25,693 bases of DNA, taken from the IMG/VR virus record IMGVR_UViG_3300048919_000076, one strand, 5' to 3'. Source of the DNA: an uncultured virus (IMG/VR IMGVR_UViG_3300048919_000076) (taxonomy: Duplodnaviria; Heunggongvirae; Uroviricota; Caudoviricetes). The notes below the pieces were generated by a model that was given only the letters and a program-made list of their open reading frames with translations, ran no database searches and was not told where the DNA came from. Of the stretch, positions 14,521 through 21,989 are shown piece by piece (the first letter of the stretch is position 1; each line of letters starts with the position of its first letter). The position numbers were made by a program, and so were the translations under genes.

Positions 14521-15026
14521 TCTATACCCTCCAATTCATCCATCTTATCATTCATCTTATCATTCAACGACAGCAACCGACTCTCAATATACTCTTTCTG
14601 AGCCAACAAGTCATTATATTCTTTCACATATTTCTTCAACACTGCCATCTTACTAACACTACTCCCTTTAGGCTTAGCCCACTTCTTTGTGCACTGATAC
14701 CCTACAAACACAACACCTTCATAATCATCTTTAGCGTACTCATGCACAAATTCATAATCATTCAGGTTGCAGATGAATTCTAGGTCAAACCTTTCAACAT
14801 CAATATATTTAGAATACTCACGAGCCAAACCTTCGTGTGTGAAGATGTTTGTATCTTCTTTGCCATCTTTGAAAGGCCAATAGTTGTATGTGTCAATTAG
14901 AACTATGTCGCCATGATTGTCTGTGCGAGCTATGCATGTTCTGTCTCTGCACCAGTATGGATCGTGTGCAGGAATGAGGCTAGGTTTCCAACTGTAGTGG
15001 AAATAATCACCATCTTTAATCGTCAT
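14517..15026 (-). CDS. Hypothetical protein with C-terminal coiled coil
   Basis: GGAG RBS before MTIKDGDYF; 169 aa. Confidence 0.8.
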   Translation of the reverse strand: MTIKDGDYFHYSWKPSLIPAHDPYWCRDRTCIARTDNHGDIVLIDTYNYWPFKDGKEDTNIFTHEGLAREYSKYIDVERFDLEFICNLNDYEFVHEYAKDDYEGVVFVGYQCTKKWAKPKGSSVSKMAVLKKYVKEYNDLLAQKEYIESRLLSLNDKMNDKMDELEGIE

Positions 15027-15172
15027 TGTGTAACTCCCCAACACCGAATGTTATAGAATGCATAAGAATCTTCATTCATTTCTTTAGCAATCTCTGCTAA
15101 CTCTTTTGTCTTAAACACACCAATGACCACTGTGTCATGTGCATCTATACCTGTCAGAATCCAAACGTTCAT
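15023..15172 (-). CDS. Hypothetical protein (49 aa), family shared with 2131..2310
   Basis: Not in ORF track; MNVWIL...VIGVFKTKELAE. Confidence 0.7.
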   Translation of the reverse strand: MNVWILTGIDAHDTVVIGVFKTKELAEIAKEMNEDSYAFYNIRCWGVTQ

Positions 15173-15336
15173 CTCTCTACTCCCACAATCTTAAAGTCAA
15201 TATTATCAGCCATAGCCTTAAACCTGTCAAGCACCGACATAAATTGATAACCTCCAGTTTTACTCCACACAAGGACAATAGCATTTCCTAGATGTTTGCG
15301 GAGTGTGTAGGGTTCGAAGTTTTCAATTGAGTACAT
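15169..15336 (-). CDS. Hypothetical protein
   Basis: ATG 1 nt after the upstream stop; MYSIENFEPY. Confidence 0.6.
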   Translation of the reverse strand: MYSIENFEPYTLRKHLGNAIVLVWSKTGGYQFMSVLDRFKAMADNIDFKIVGVER

Positions 15337-15337
15337 A

Positions 15338-15748
15338 TCAATCACACCATCCCGGTTGTTCATGTTTCTTACGAGCTTCTGGAATACAATCTGCACAAGC
15401 TCTGCCTGCAAAACTGTAACGATATGTCTTGTCTGCTTCTTTCTTGCACACACCGCAAGTAGTCTCAGCCTTCAAGAATGTTTCAGGATTGTAAACTGTT
15501 GGCAGCTCAATACACAATCCATCTGGTGCCCAAGCATGTAGACTAACTTCGTATTTCCACTTACCGACATCTTTACGCGTGATTGCGGATATTACAAAAC
15601 CGTCTCGTGTCAGGCGGCAAGCTCGCATAGCTGGTTCACTTGGATAAGTCTGTGATAGTTCCCAGCCATCAGCTCCAGCAGCTTGGATGAAAGCATTAGC
15701 TGCTTCAAAGTATTTTACATCATTTGTGTGGCCGAATTGATTGATCAT
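15338..15748 (-). CDS. Hypothetical protein with C-terminal zinc finger
   Basis: AAGGAG RBS; CGVC...CADC. Confidence 0.8.
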   Translation of the reverse strand: MINQFGHTNDVKYFEAANAFIQAAGADGWELSQTYPSEPAMRACRLTRDGFVISAITRKDVGKWKYEVSLHAWAPDGLCIELPTVYNPETFLKAETTCGVCKKEADKTYRYSFAGRACADCIPEARKKHEQPGWCD

Positions 15749-16062
15749 TTTGTTTCTCCTTTAGCCCATTCGATAGCTGCCACCAGCACATCACCATGGC
15801 ATGACTTCGGAGCATAATAGCAAGCCAATCGCTTACCGTCAAGCTCAAGAAGCATTTCTTTGGTAATCACGCCCTTGCGAATCTGATTCCATAGATATTG
15901 TTTGTAACGTTCTATAGACTCTTCTCGTGTAGCAACTTGCATTTCTGCTTTGGTTGGTGTGCTTAAGCTAGTGTAGGGGTTTCCCCATTTTGAGCCTCTA
16001 CCGATATAGACAATATCAGCATCGGACATACTTACTTTGTATTTGTTGACTACTGTTGTCAT
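15745..16062 (-). CDS. DUF4326-family protein
   Basis: VYIGRGSKWGNPY and ELDGKRLAC-x-x-x-P-x-x-CHGDVL signature. Confidence 0.85.
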   Translation of the reverse strand: MTTVVNKYKVSMSDADIVYIGRGSKWGNPYTSLSTPTKAEMQVATREESIERYKQYLWNQIRKGVITKEMLLELDGKRLACYYAPKSCHGDVLVAAIEWAKGETK

Positions 16063-16256
16063 TCTACCAACTCCACTTCATCCCTATGAAAAGGCCACTG
16101 AGCTGTATCATCTGGATCAGCCCCATCAAACCTGACTTCTTGGATATAAATTCCATATGGACGATCATCAACATAACTGATTGTATATTCTGAGCCTACT
16201 TCGAACATTGTGTAGGGGCTAGAGATGATGCGTACTTTGTTGCCTGTAATGTACAT
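16059..16256 (-). CDS. Hypothetical protein, SH3-like
   Basis: AGGAG RBS before MYITGNKVRII...DEVELVE. Confidence 0.75.
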   Translation of the reverse strand: MYITGNKVRIISSPYTMFEVGSEYTISYVDDRPYGIYIQEVRFDGADPDDTAQWPFHRDEVELVE

Positions 16257-16290
16257 GGTGTTTCTCCTATCAATTGGTTTGTGTGAACGA

Positions 16291-16325
16291 ATTTTAGACA
16301 AAAGAAAAGGGCCTGTCAAGGCCCT
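16291..16325 (-). promoter_or_regulatory. Fused terminator and sigma70-type promoter
   Basis: AGGGCC-TTGACA-GGCCCT-TTTCTTTT; TTGACA-N17-TAAAAT; the loop also holds the nuclease TGA stop. Confidence 0.9.
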
Positions 16326-17290
16326 GTGTGGATATTTCTTTCTGTAAGGGAATCAAGCAGTTGCACAATACCACCAAAATCTGATAGCGAAGCTGTCTCT
16401 GTGTAGCCGTCCGGCATTTCCTCTTTAGGTATTACACCACAAGAGAATGTATCTTTTACAGTCTGCTCAGCCTTACGACAATCAAAGGTTGTATTGAATT
16501 CCCATACTGCGTAGTTTTCAAGCCTAAGTTTGTTCTTTTTATTCAACCCTTTGAATCTTACACTCCAATTATTTGCAATGCCAAACTTAACACCAACAGG
16601 TGTATCCTCAGAGTAGAGGATATGTAGGTAAACTTGCTTTTGTCTGAAGGTGTTACACTCACAACCTCTATAACCTTGAATCAAATTCTTGTAGTTTGAT
16701 GTGTAAGTGATAGCACACTCTGGACACTGTACATCCCAATACTCTCTGTGTCCGTTCTTTGCTTTCTTATCTGATCTAGTAAAGATTGTGTCTTCTGCAA
16801 AACCTTTAAAACTTTTAATTGCTTCGTCATCAGGTTTTCTTGTTTTATGCACCATCTTTTGTGAGTGACATTCGGAACACAGTATGTCATATCGTCTAGA
16901 ATCGTTTATACAGCTACCGTCCCAAGTTATGTTGTGAGTCGTGCAGTGCATTTTAGTTCTAGTTTGTGAACCTATATAATCAGAAGACCAACCTAAGAAC
17001 TCACAATTAAATAAAGAAGCTCTTCGATTCAATAGGATTTTATATTGCCATTCCTCCCACTGGGGAGCTACAGAACAGCCGCAAGGTCTTACTTTATCTC
17101 TTAGTGTTTTCGTGCCTACATCAAATAATCCCAGTTTAAATAGTTCTGGATCTTGTTTGCATACTTCACACTCTACTACCAGTCTAAGCTTATTATTTTC
17201 ATTCCTGTAAGAGCCAATGATGTTGTAGTAATCAGATTTATATTTATCTACATCTGTATTTAGATCTTTAGTACTTTCGTATATCTTCAT
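16316..17290 (-). CDS. Homing-endonuclease-like protein: three Cys/His zinc-binding units plus a C-terminal GIY-YIG superfamily (T5orf172-like) nuclease domain
   Basis: CEVC...PCGC, CTTH...CSEC, CPEC...GCEC; then VYL...VKFGIA...R...L...AEQ...DGYTET. Confidence 0.8.
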   Translation of the reverse strand: MKIYESTKDLNTDVDKYKSDYYNIIGSYRNENNKLRLVVECEVCKQDPELFKLGLFDVGTKTLRDKVRPCGCSVAPQWEEWQYKILLNRRASLFNCEFLGWSSDYIGSQTRTKMHCTTHNITWDGSCINDSRRYDILCSECHSQKMVHKTRKPDDEAIKSFKGFAEDTIFTRSDKKAKNGHREYWDVQCPECAITYTSNYKNLIQGYRGCECNTFRQKQVYLHILYSEDTPVGVKFGIANNWSVRFKGLNKKNKLRLENYAVWEFNTTFDCRKAEQTVKDTFSCGVIPKEEMPDGYTETASLSDFGGIVQLLDSLTERNIHTGP

Positions 17291-17344
17291 TCTATCTCTT
17301 TCTTATCTATTATATTAATATCTTATATACCTATTCTGTTAGAT

Positions 17345-17688
17345 TAGAGTTTAGGAAAGATAGATTAATCCCAAGAAATGCCATACAGAAGTATCCTCCT
17401 GCCTAGACATAACTTTGATCTATCTTACCCTATAACAGCTCATTCTGTTGAGTTGTCGCTTAGGCTGACATTAGGTCAGAGCTATCAAGAATCTGATAAC
17501 AAGATTGTTCATCATTCCACCCAAAGGCGTAATCGATCCGCTATAATGAACTTCGATTCAGCTTGGCCGAGGATCTTCCCTCTTCATAACCTTTAATACA
17601 GAGCCGGTGAGTGCGCCTAAATAGGCCGTTGACATTTCTCTCTCTGTACGATGACCTTCTAATTTGCTCTCGCTTAGAAGAAGTCCAT
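17345..17688 (-). ncRNA. Candidate structured non-coding RNA (~345 nt)
   Basis: Downstream of a promoter, no credible ORF, 8 or more stems, several with G-U pairs valid only on the minus strand, GAGA tetraloop. Confidence 0.65.
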
Positions 17689-17694
17689 GTGTAA

Positions 17695-17723
17695 ATATTA
17701 CGCTATTAATCTCTCAATTGCAA
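17695..17723 (-). promoter_or_regulatory. Sigma70-type promoter for the ncRNA/nuclease unit
   Basis: TTGCAA-N17-TAATAT. Confidence 0.75.
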
Positions 17724-17782
17724 GCTTTCTGACATGATATGTTTTTATAGCAAACAGAGAAAGCGATAACTACAAGGAATAC

Positions 17783-17917
17783 CTAATCACCCTCCAACAC
17801 CCTCAACATCTCTTCAAGATCCTCTCTACTCAGCCACAGAGGACGTTCCTCTTGTTGGTGATAGATGATAATTGCATTACCTACCTTGTCCCAATCTGTA
17901 CCGTTGTCTGTGTTCAT
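17783..17917 (-). CDS. Hypothetical protein (44 aa)
   Basis: Not in ORF track; AGGAAGG RBS; LWLSREDLEEMLRVLEGD. Confidence 0.65.
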   Translation of the reverse strand: MNTDNGTDWDKVGNAIIIYHQQEERPLWLSREDLEEMLRVLEGD

Positions 17918-17919
17918 GT

Positions 17920-18147
17920 TCAAGCCTTCCTAACCAAATAATCCAACAATTTATAGATATCAGTGATAGCTTCTCCCATATCCATATTTCGTGAATTCAC
18001 ATTGTAACGAAGATCATCAAGTCTGCCCAACATCTCGGCTTTATATTCCTCGGCATACCTCTGCTCAAGAATCTTCTTGCAAGCCATCATTCCTTCACCA
18101 GTTTCTTGCTGCAAAGCTCGTACTTCTTCAATAGTTGGGCCTTTCAT
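17920..18147 (-). CDS. Protein with an EF-Ts N-terminal (UBA-like) domain
   Basis: TIEEVRALQQETGEGMMACKKILEQ vs EF-Ts [25 protein letters not shown]. Confidence 0.75.
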   Translation of the reverse strand: MKGPTIEEVRALQQETGEGMMACKKILEQRYAEEYKAEMLGRLDDLRYNVNSRNMDMGEAITDIYKLLDYLVRKA

Positions 18148-18344
18148 TTCACATCTCCAATAACATCATAAGTAGTCTCTGCACCATAAGGACGAACAGT
18201 CCACTTAGCAATCAGCTTCTTCTCATACTGATATTCATGTCCGTTGTCAACATAAATCCATTCATCATCCTCGGTGACATCAATCACAGGATCTACCCAA
18301 TCTCGTGAGCCATCTTTAAGCTCTACAACGAATTCATTGTGCAT
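18144..18344 (-). CDS. Hypothetical protein
   Basis: GGAGGGG RBS; beta-rich, 66 aa. Confidence 0.75.
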   Translation of the reverse strand: MHNEFVVELKDGSRDWVDPVIDVTEDDEWIYVDNGHEYQYEKKLIAKWTVRPYGAETTYDVIGDVK

Positions 18345-18411
18345 TAGCTCTGCCCCTCCCCAAGCTTAAGTTTCTCTCCAGAAGATGCGTCAATGATTTT
18401 AAATTTCTTTT

Positions 18412-18678
18412 TCATTTCTTCAAAGCCTCAAGAATCTTTTTAAATTCATCAGAACCCAATTCCTCTACATAGCCATCTACAGCGACAACATAGTGGTTTG
18501 TAGAAGGGCAATACTGCAAGCAAGCTTCCTCAGCCCCCTCATGAGACGAAAACCCGGCAGCCTTAGCCAATGCCTGCACGTCAGCTTCCGTATTAGGGAT
18601 ATACTCCCAACCTTCCCATGCTGGTGTCTGGTTAGGGTAGTAGTTGTAGGTCATCACGGATTCAATTAGATTTTGCAT
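18412..18678 (-). CDS. Hypothetical protein
   Basis: GAGGAG RBS before MQNLIESV; first gene of the leftward block. Confidence 0.8.
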   Translation of the reverse strand: MQNLIESVMTYNYYPNQTPAWEGWEYIPNTEADVQALAKAAGFSSHEGAEEACLQYCPSTNHYVVAVDGYVEELGSDEFKKILEALKK

Positions 18679-18706
18679 GGCGTTTCTCCTCAATTAATGT
18701 AGGCCA

Positions 18707-18734
18707 ATCATAACAGATCAAGGGGTGAAGTCAA
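18707..18734 (-). promoter_or_regulatory. Leftward sigma70-type promoter of the divergent pair
   Basis: TTGACT-N16-TATGAT with extended -10 TG. Confidence 0.75.
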
Positions 18735-18815
18735 GAGGGGATAGCGAATAAATTCGCATAGATGAGGAATAAATTTACTGGGATGGAGTGTAGGAGAATT
18801 TTGTTGGGAAGGTGC

Positions 18816-18843
18816 TTGACATAGCAAATTGAACGTGTAGAAT
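18816..18843 (+). promoter_or_regulatory. Rightward sigma70-type promoter of the divergent pair
   Basis: TTGACA-N16-TAGAAT. Confidence 0.8.
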
Positions 18844-18880
18844 GTGACGTATTGAAAGCAAACCTAATGAGGAAACGGAC

Positions 18881-19171
18881 ATGCAAAACAAATGTGTTGT
18901 AAAGGTGCAAACAGAGGCGTATAAACGTGGTGACACGTATTTCTATGGGAAATCCATACGTGTCCTTCAGAAACTTACAACGTACGATCTACTGAAGGAT
19001 GAATGTGATAATATTGGAATCTGTGATGGGCTGGAAAACATTATCAATTTACAGCAAGTGGAGGATGGTAAATACTATGTTGAAGCTGTTAACATTTCCA
19101 AAGATTGTGAGACAGGTTATATTGACGACTGGGACTTTAAGTTAGTGTCATTTGATGGGGAAGTAAAATGA
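18881..19171 (+). CDS. Hypothetical protein
   Basis: GAGG RBS; 96 aa; DCETGYIDDWD motif. Confidence 0.8.
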   Translation: MQNKCVVKVQTEAYKRGDTYFYGKSIRVLQKLTTYDLLKDECDNIGICDGLENIINLQQVEDGKYYVEAVNISKDCETGYIDDWDFKLVSFDGEVK

Positions 19172-19377
19172 GCACATTTGGCGACGGAACATTTAGACAA
19201 GACGTCTACGAGCAGATTCAATATTACGTAGACTCACACAGCTTGAAACCTTCTGAAGCTATCTCAGAGCTGATGGAGATTGTGCAATGGATGCTGACTA
19301 TTAGCGACATTGAAGGTGAAGCATACGAACGTGGTAAGGAAGACGCTAAAGCTGAGACTCTTGCAAAGCTTAATTAA
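19168..19377 (+). CDS. Hypothetical protein
   Basis: ATGA overlap; 69 aa. Confidence 0.75.
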   Translation: MSTFGDGTFRQDVYEQIQYYVDSHSLKPSEAISELMEIVQWMLTISDIEGEAYERGKEDAKAETLAKLN

Positions 19378-19403
19378 GCCATCAACCAAAAGGAGTAATA
19401 GAC

Positions 19404-19844
19404 ATGCGAAACAATATGCAAACATATCAAGACATCTTCGGCACTGAAAACTGGAATGCTCATTTCTCAGGTGGGTTTAATTCTCGTGTGTTTGGTGATA
19501 CACAAAGTCAAATGTTCCAAGGTCCGTATCGGTTTGAACGGCAACAAGGTTGGCGGCTGGCAGATGAGATGATCCGCGAAGGTAGAATTTACTTTACTCA
19601 TCCGTTCCCGCATGGTAATTGTAAGTCGAAAGCTTTCACGTACGGTGGTACATGGGCTTGTAATAGTTGCAATAGAGACCATCTTGACAAACCTTGGTGG
19701 GATGTTAAAGTGTTTAAGGACGGCGAGTCGTTCTGTGTAGTTGGGCAAGGTTTTGATAATCTGCAAGAGTCTGACAACTATGCGTTTGGGGCTACTAAAG
19801 AAGAAGCTCTTGAGAAATATTATCAGATCATGAAAGATGAATAA
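19404..19844 (+). CDS. Hypothetical protein with possible metal-binding His/Cys cluster
   Basis: AAGGAG RBS; HPFPHGNC...WACNSC. Confidence 0.8.
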   Translation: MRNNMQTYQDIFGTENWNAHFSGGFNSRVFGDTQSQMFQGPYRFERQQGWRLADEMIREGRIYFTHPFPHGNCKSKAFTYGGTWACNSCNRDHLDKPWWDVKVFKDGESFCVVGQGFDNLQESDNYAFGATKEEALEKYYQIMKDE

Positions 19845-19931
19845 GCTCTCAATGTCGCTGACATTTCGAAGAAACAATACACGTATGTGGTGTATGCAAG
19901 ATTAATTTAAATATAGGGGTGGAGAGATATT

Positions 19932-20111
19932 ATGAACGAACAATACGGTTTGAAAGAATACAAAGAATTGCTTGAGAGGGTTTACAAGGAGTATGAGAAT
20001 CCTGATAACTGTCCTTTTGGTATGGACCCGCACACTGAAGGTGTCCGGTATCGTCATAACAAACGTGAAATTCTACAATGGTGCTTAGAAATGTTGCCGG
20101 AGATTGAATAG
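19932..20111 (+). CDS. Hypothetical protein (59 aa)
   Basis: Not in ORF track; GGAG RBS; MNEQYGLKEY. Confidence 0.7.
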   Translation: MNEQYGLKEYKELLERVYKEYENPDNCPFGMDPHTEGVRYRHNKREILQWCLEMLPEIE

Positions 20112-20273
20112 ATGAGAGTATGTCAATCAATTCAAGAGCTTCTTGACGAAGAACTTAGTCAGATGTGGGGAGGATTGGATTATGAGGGAGTTAATGTGGA
20201 AGGTACGAAAGAGTGGTTTGCTGAATCAGACATATTTATCCAGATACTACGTAAGCTTGAGGAAGAGAATTAA
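20112..20273 (+). CDS. Acidic hypothetical protein (53 aa)
   Basis: Not in ORF track; GGAG RBS; abuts both neighbours. Confidence 0.7.
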   Translation: MRVCQSIQELLDEELSQMWGGLDYEGVNVEGTKEWFAESDIFIQILRKLEEEN

Positions 20274-20274
20274 C

Positions 20275-20676
20275 ATGGCAAATCTAGAAGGTTGGAAACC
20301 AAAGCTTGAGTGGAAGAAAGAAGGGACTAACTTCCTTGTATCTGTGACTAAACACATTGGATATGATGGGGAGAATAAATGGTGCGTCTATCTCTATGTC
20401 TACCCTAAACATCCAGCATTTGCACGATTCAATCGAGACGGGACAATGTGGGACCAACCTCACTTTGATTGTCACTCGTATGTGAGTTATTTTAATGCTC
20501 ATATTGCTTTCAAGACAGGTGAAGTGTGTAGCTATCAGCTTGGCTGGGATTATAATCACGACGGTGATAGCTATTATAGTTCGATTGATGGTGTTGATGA
20601 AGCGGGGAGCATCTTTTATGATGCAGAAAGATTGTTTGAACAAGCTGAATCTTGGAATGAGGAAGTGACAGAATGA
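20275..20676 (+). CDS. Hypothetical protein
   Basis: Start reset to ATG 20275 (GAGG RBS); WCVYLYVYPKHP...LGWDYNH. Confidence 0.8.
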   Translation: MANLEGWKPKLEWKKEGTNFLVSVTKHIGYDGENKWCVYLYVYPKHPAFARFNRDGTMWDQPHFDCHSYVSYFNAHIAFKTGEVCSYQLGWDYNHDGDSYYSSIDGVDEAGSIFYDAERLFEQAESWNEEVTE

Positions 20677-21644
20677 AATACGTAAAGAATATAGATGAAG
20701 CTTTCTCCTTTGTAAAAGGTCTTGTATCCGACCTCGAAAAGAAAGCTGAAAGTAACATTCCTTCGGTGATGAAACTAAACAAAATCACAATGCCTTCTGT
20801 GGCTAACACATATGCAGCTAATGCTTTCAAATACGGAAGTAGCTATTATGAACGTGATCCCAAGACTATTGAAGAGGTGGATACTAAATTAACTCAATTG
20901 CTTGAGAAAGCTGAAGTAGAACGTCTTAAAGTAGTAGCTGAACACGAAGCCAACCTTCCAGCGATTGAGAACAATCAGAAGGTGCGTGAAAAGATTAGTC
21001 AGATTATGAAGGATATTGGTATTCCTAACAATTATTCTACATCTGAATTCAAGACTCAACGATCACGCACAAAGACTACAACAACTCATTCTGCTGGATA
21101 TCTTGGGGACTTGCAGCGCAATGTCCCTGTAAGCGATGAAAGTGAACGTATGTTGACGCTAATTAAGAGTGCTGTAGACTCACTGAGGCGGCACGCCGAC
21201 CAACTCAAGGGTACGATCCGCAAAGAGCTGCAAGAGGCAGAAAAGACCGAGAAAGCTAAGAAAGAAATCCTTGCTAAAGCTCGATTGCAGGTCAAGTATA
21301 ACCTTGATGAAGACTTTGAATGGTCTGATGTGTTGGATGTCCTTGACAAGAAAGATAAATACTTTATGCTTGCTCGTGCTGGTGAGGAGACTCGTGGGTA
21401 TTGGGGCGAAGGTTTTGGTAAAGTGGAATATGCAATAGATCGCTTTGTAGTGGAAACAGAGGAAGACAAAGAGATTGAAAAAGAGTATGCTGAAATCCTT
21501 GAAGAACATAACAATGGTGATTGTGAAGACGGACGTGTGTTCCGTGATACTCAATATTCCTACTCGTTCCTGTACGGCAAAGTAAGTGAAGAAATCATGA
21601 AAGATTATGAAACTCTGAAGGAATACTATAATGTCTATGATTAA
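20673..21644 (+). CDS. Hypothetical protein, coiled-coil rich (323 aa)
   Basis: Long ORF, GAGG RBS, ATGA overlap. Confidence 0.85.
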   Translation: MKYVKNIDEAFSFVKGLVSDLEKKAESNIPSVMKLNKITMPSVANTYAANAFKYGSSYYERDPKTIEEVDTKLTQLLEKAEVERLKVVAEHEANLPAIENNQKVREKISQIMKDIGIPNNYSTSEFKTQRSRTKTTTTHSAGYLGDLQRNVPVSDESERMLTLIKSAVDSLRRHADQLKGTIRKELQEAEKTEKAKKEILAKARLQVKYNLDEDFEWSDVLDVLDKKDKYFMLARAGEETRGYWGEGFGKVEYAIDRFVVETEEDKEIEKEYAEILEEHNNGDCEDGRVFRDTQYSYSFLYGKVSEEIMKDYETLKEYYNVYD

Positions 21645-21867
21645 TATTGCTCGTAACTATCGCGGCTTCTCAAGTGAAGAGCTTCGTGATAAAGCTTATA
21701 TGGGGAGTCTTGAGTGTAATGGGTATGATTTGAGTGATTTTCTGGAATATATCTTTCAGGACATGATTTCCCAAGATGAACTAGACAAAGCTGTCGAGGA
21801 TGCTGAGGAACATGCTCGCAGTAATGGTTCAGACTGGTGTTCAGAGTGTGAAGCTGAGTTGAATTAG
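21631..21867 (+). CDS. Acidic hypothetical protein with a C-terminal CxxC
   Basis: AAGGA RBS; ends DWCSECEAELN. Confidence 0.7.
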   Translation: MSMINIARNYRGFSSEELRDKAYMGSLECNGYDLSDFLEYIFQDMISQDELDKAVEDAEEHARSNGSDWCSECEAELN

Positions 21868-21989
21868 CTGAGGCTTGAAGATTATGGCGAAGAATATTGA
21901 CTAGGAGATTGGTGTGAGACGCGAAACAAGTTCGCTGTCATTCAATCGCCATTTGGGCTTTAAGATCAAAAACTAAATTGGAGAGTAGC

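Noticed and set aside
14541..14564. 12-bp tandem duplication encoding NDKM-NDKM
   Set aside because: Simple in-frame slippage in a coiled-coil tail with no evident significance
6156..15541. Plus-strand ORFs in the leftward block (6156..6440, 8360..8692, 9349..9843, 14496..14783 and others)
   Set aside because: Antisense shadows of coupled minus-strand genes that have RBSs
17378..17596. 72-aa plus-strand ORF inside the candidate ncRNA
   Set aside because: No RBS, opposite to the local transcription direction, and G-U pairing indicates function as minus-strand RNA
17345..17688. Group I or group II intron interpretation (AAGAUAGAUC resembles the S element; plus-strand GAGCCGGUGAG resembles a domain V start)
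   Set aside because: No interrupted gene or exons, no convincing P7 partner and no domain V 3' strand
18344..18415. 23-aa minus-strand ORF MKKKFKIIDASSGEKLKLGEGQS
   Set aside because: Coupled to neighbours but too short to support; may be a remnant
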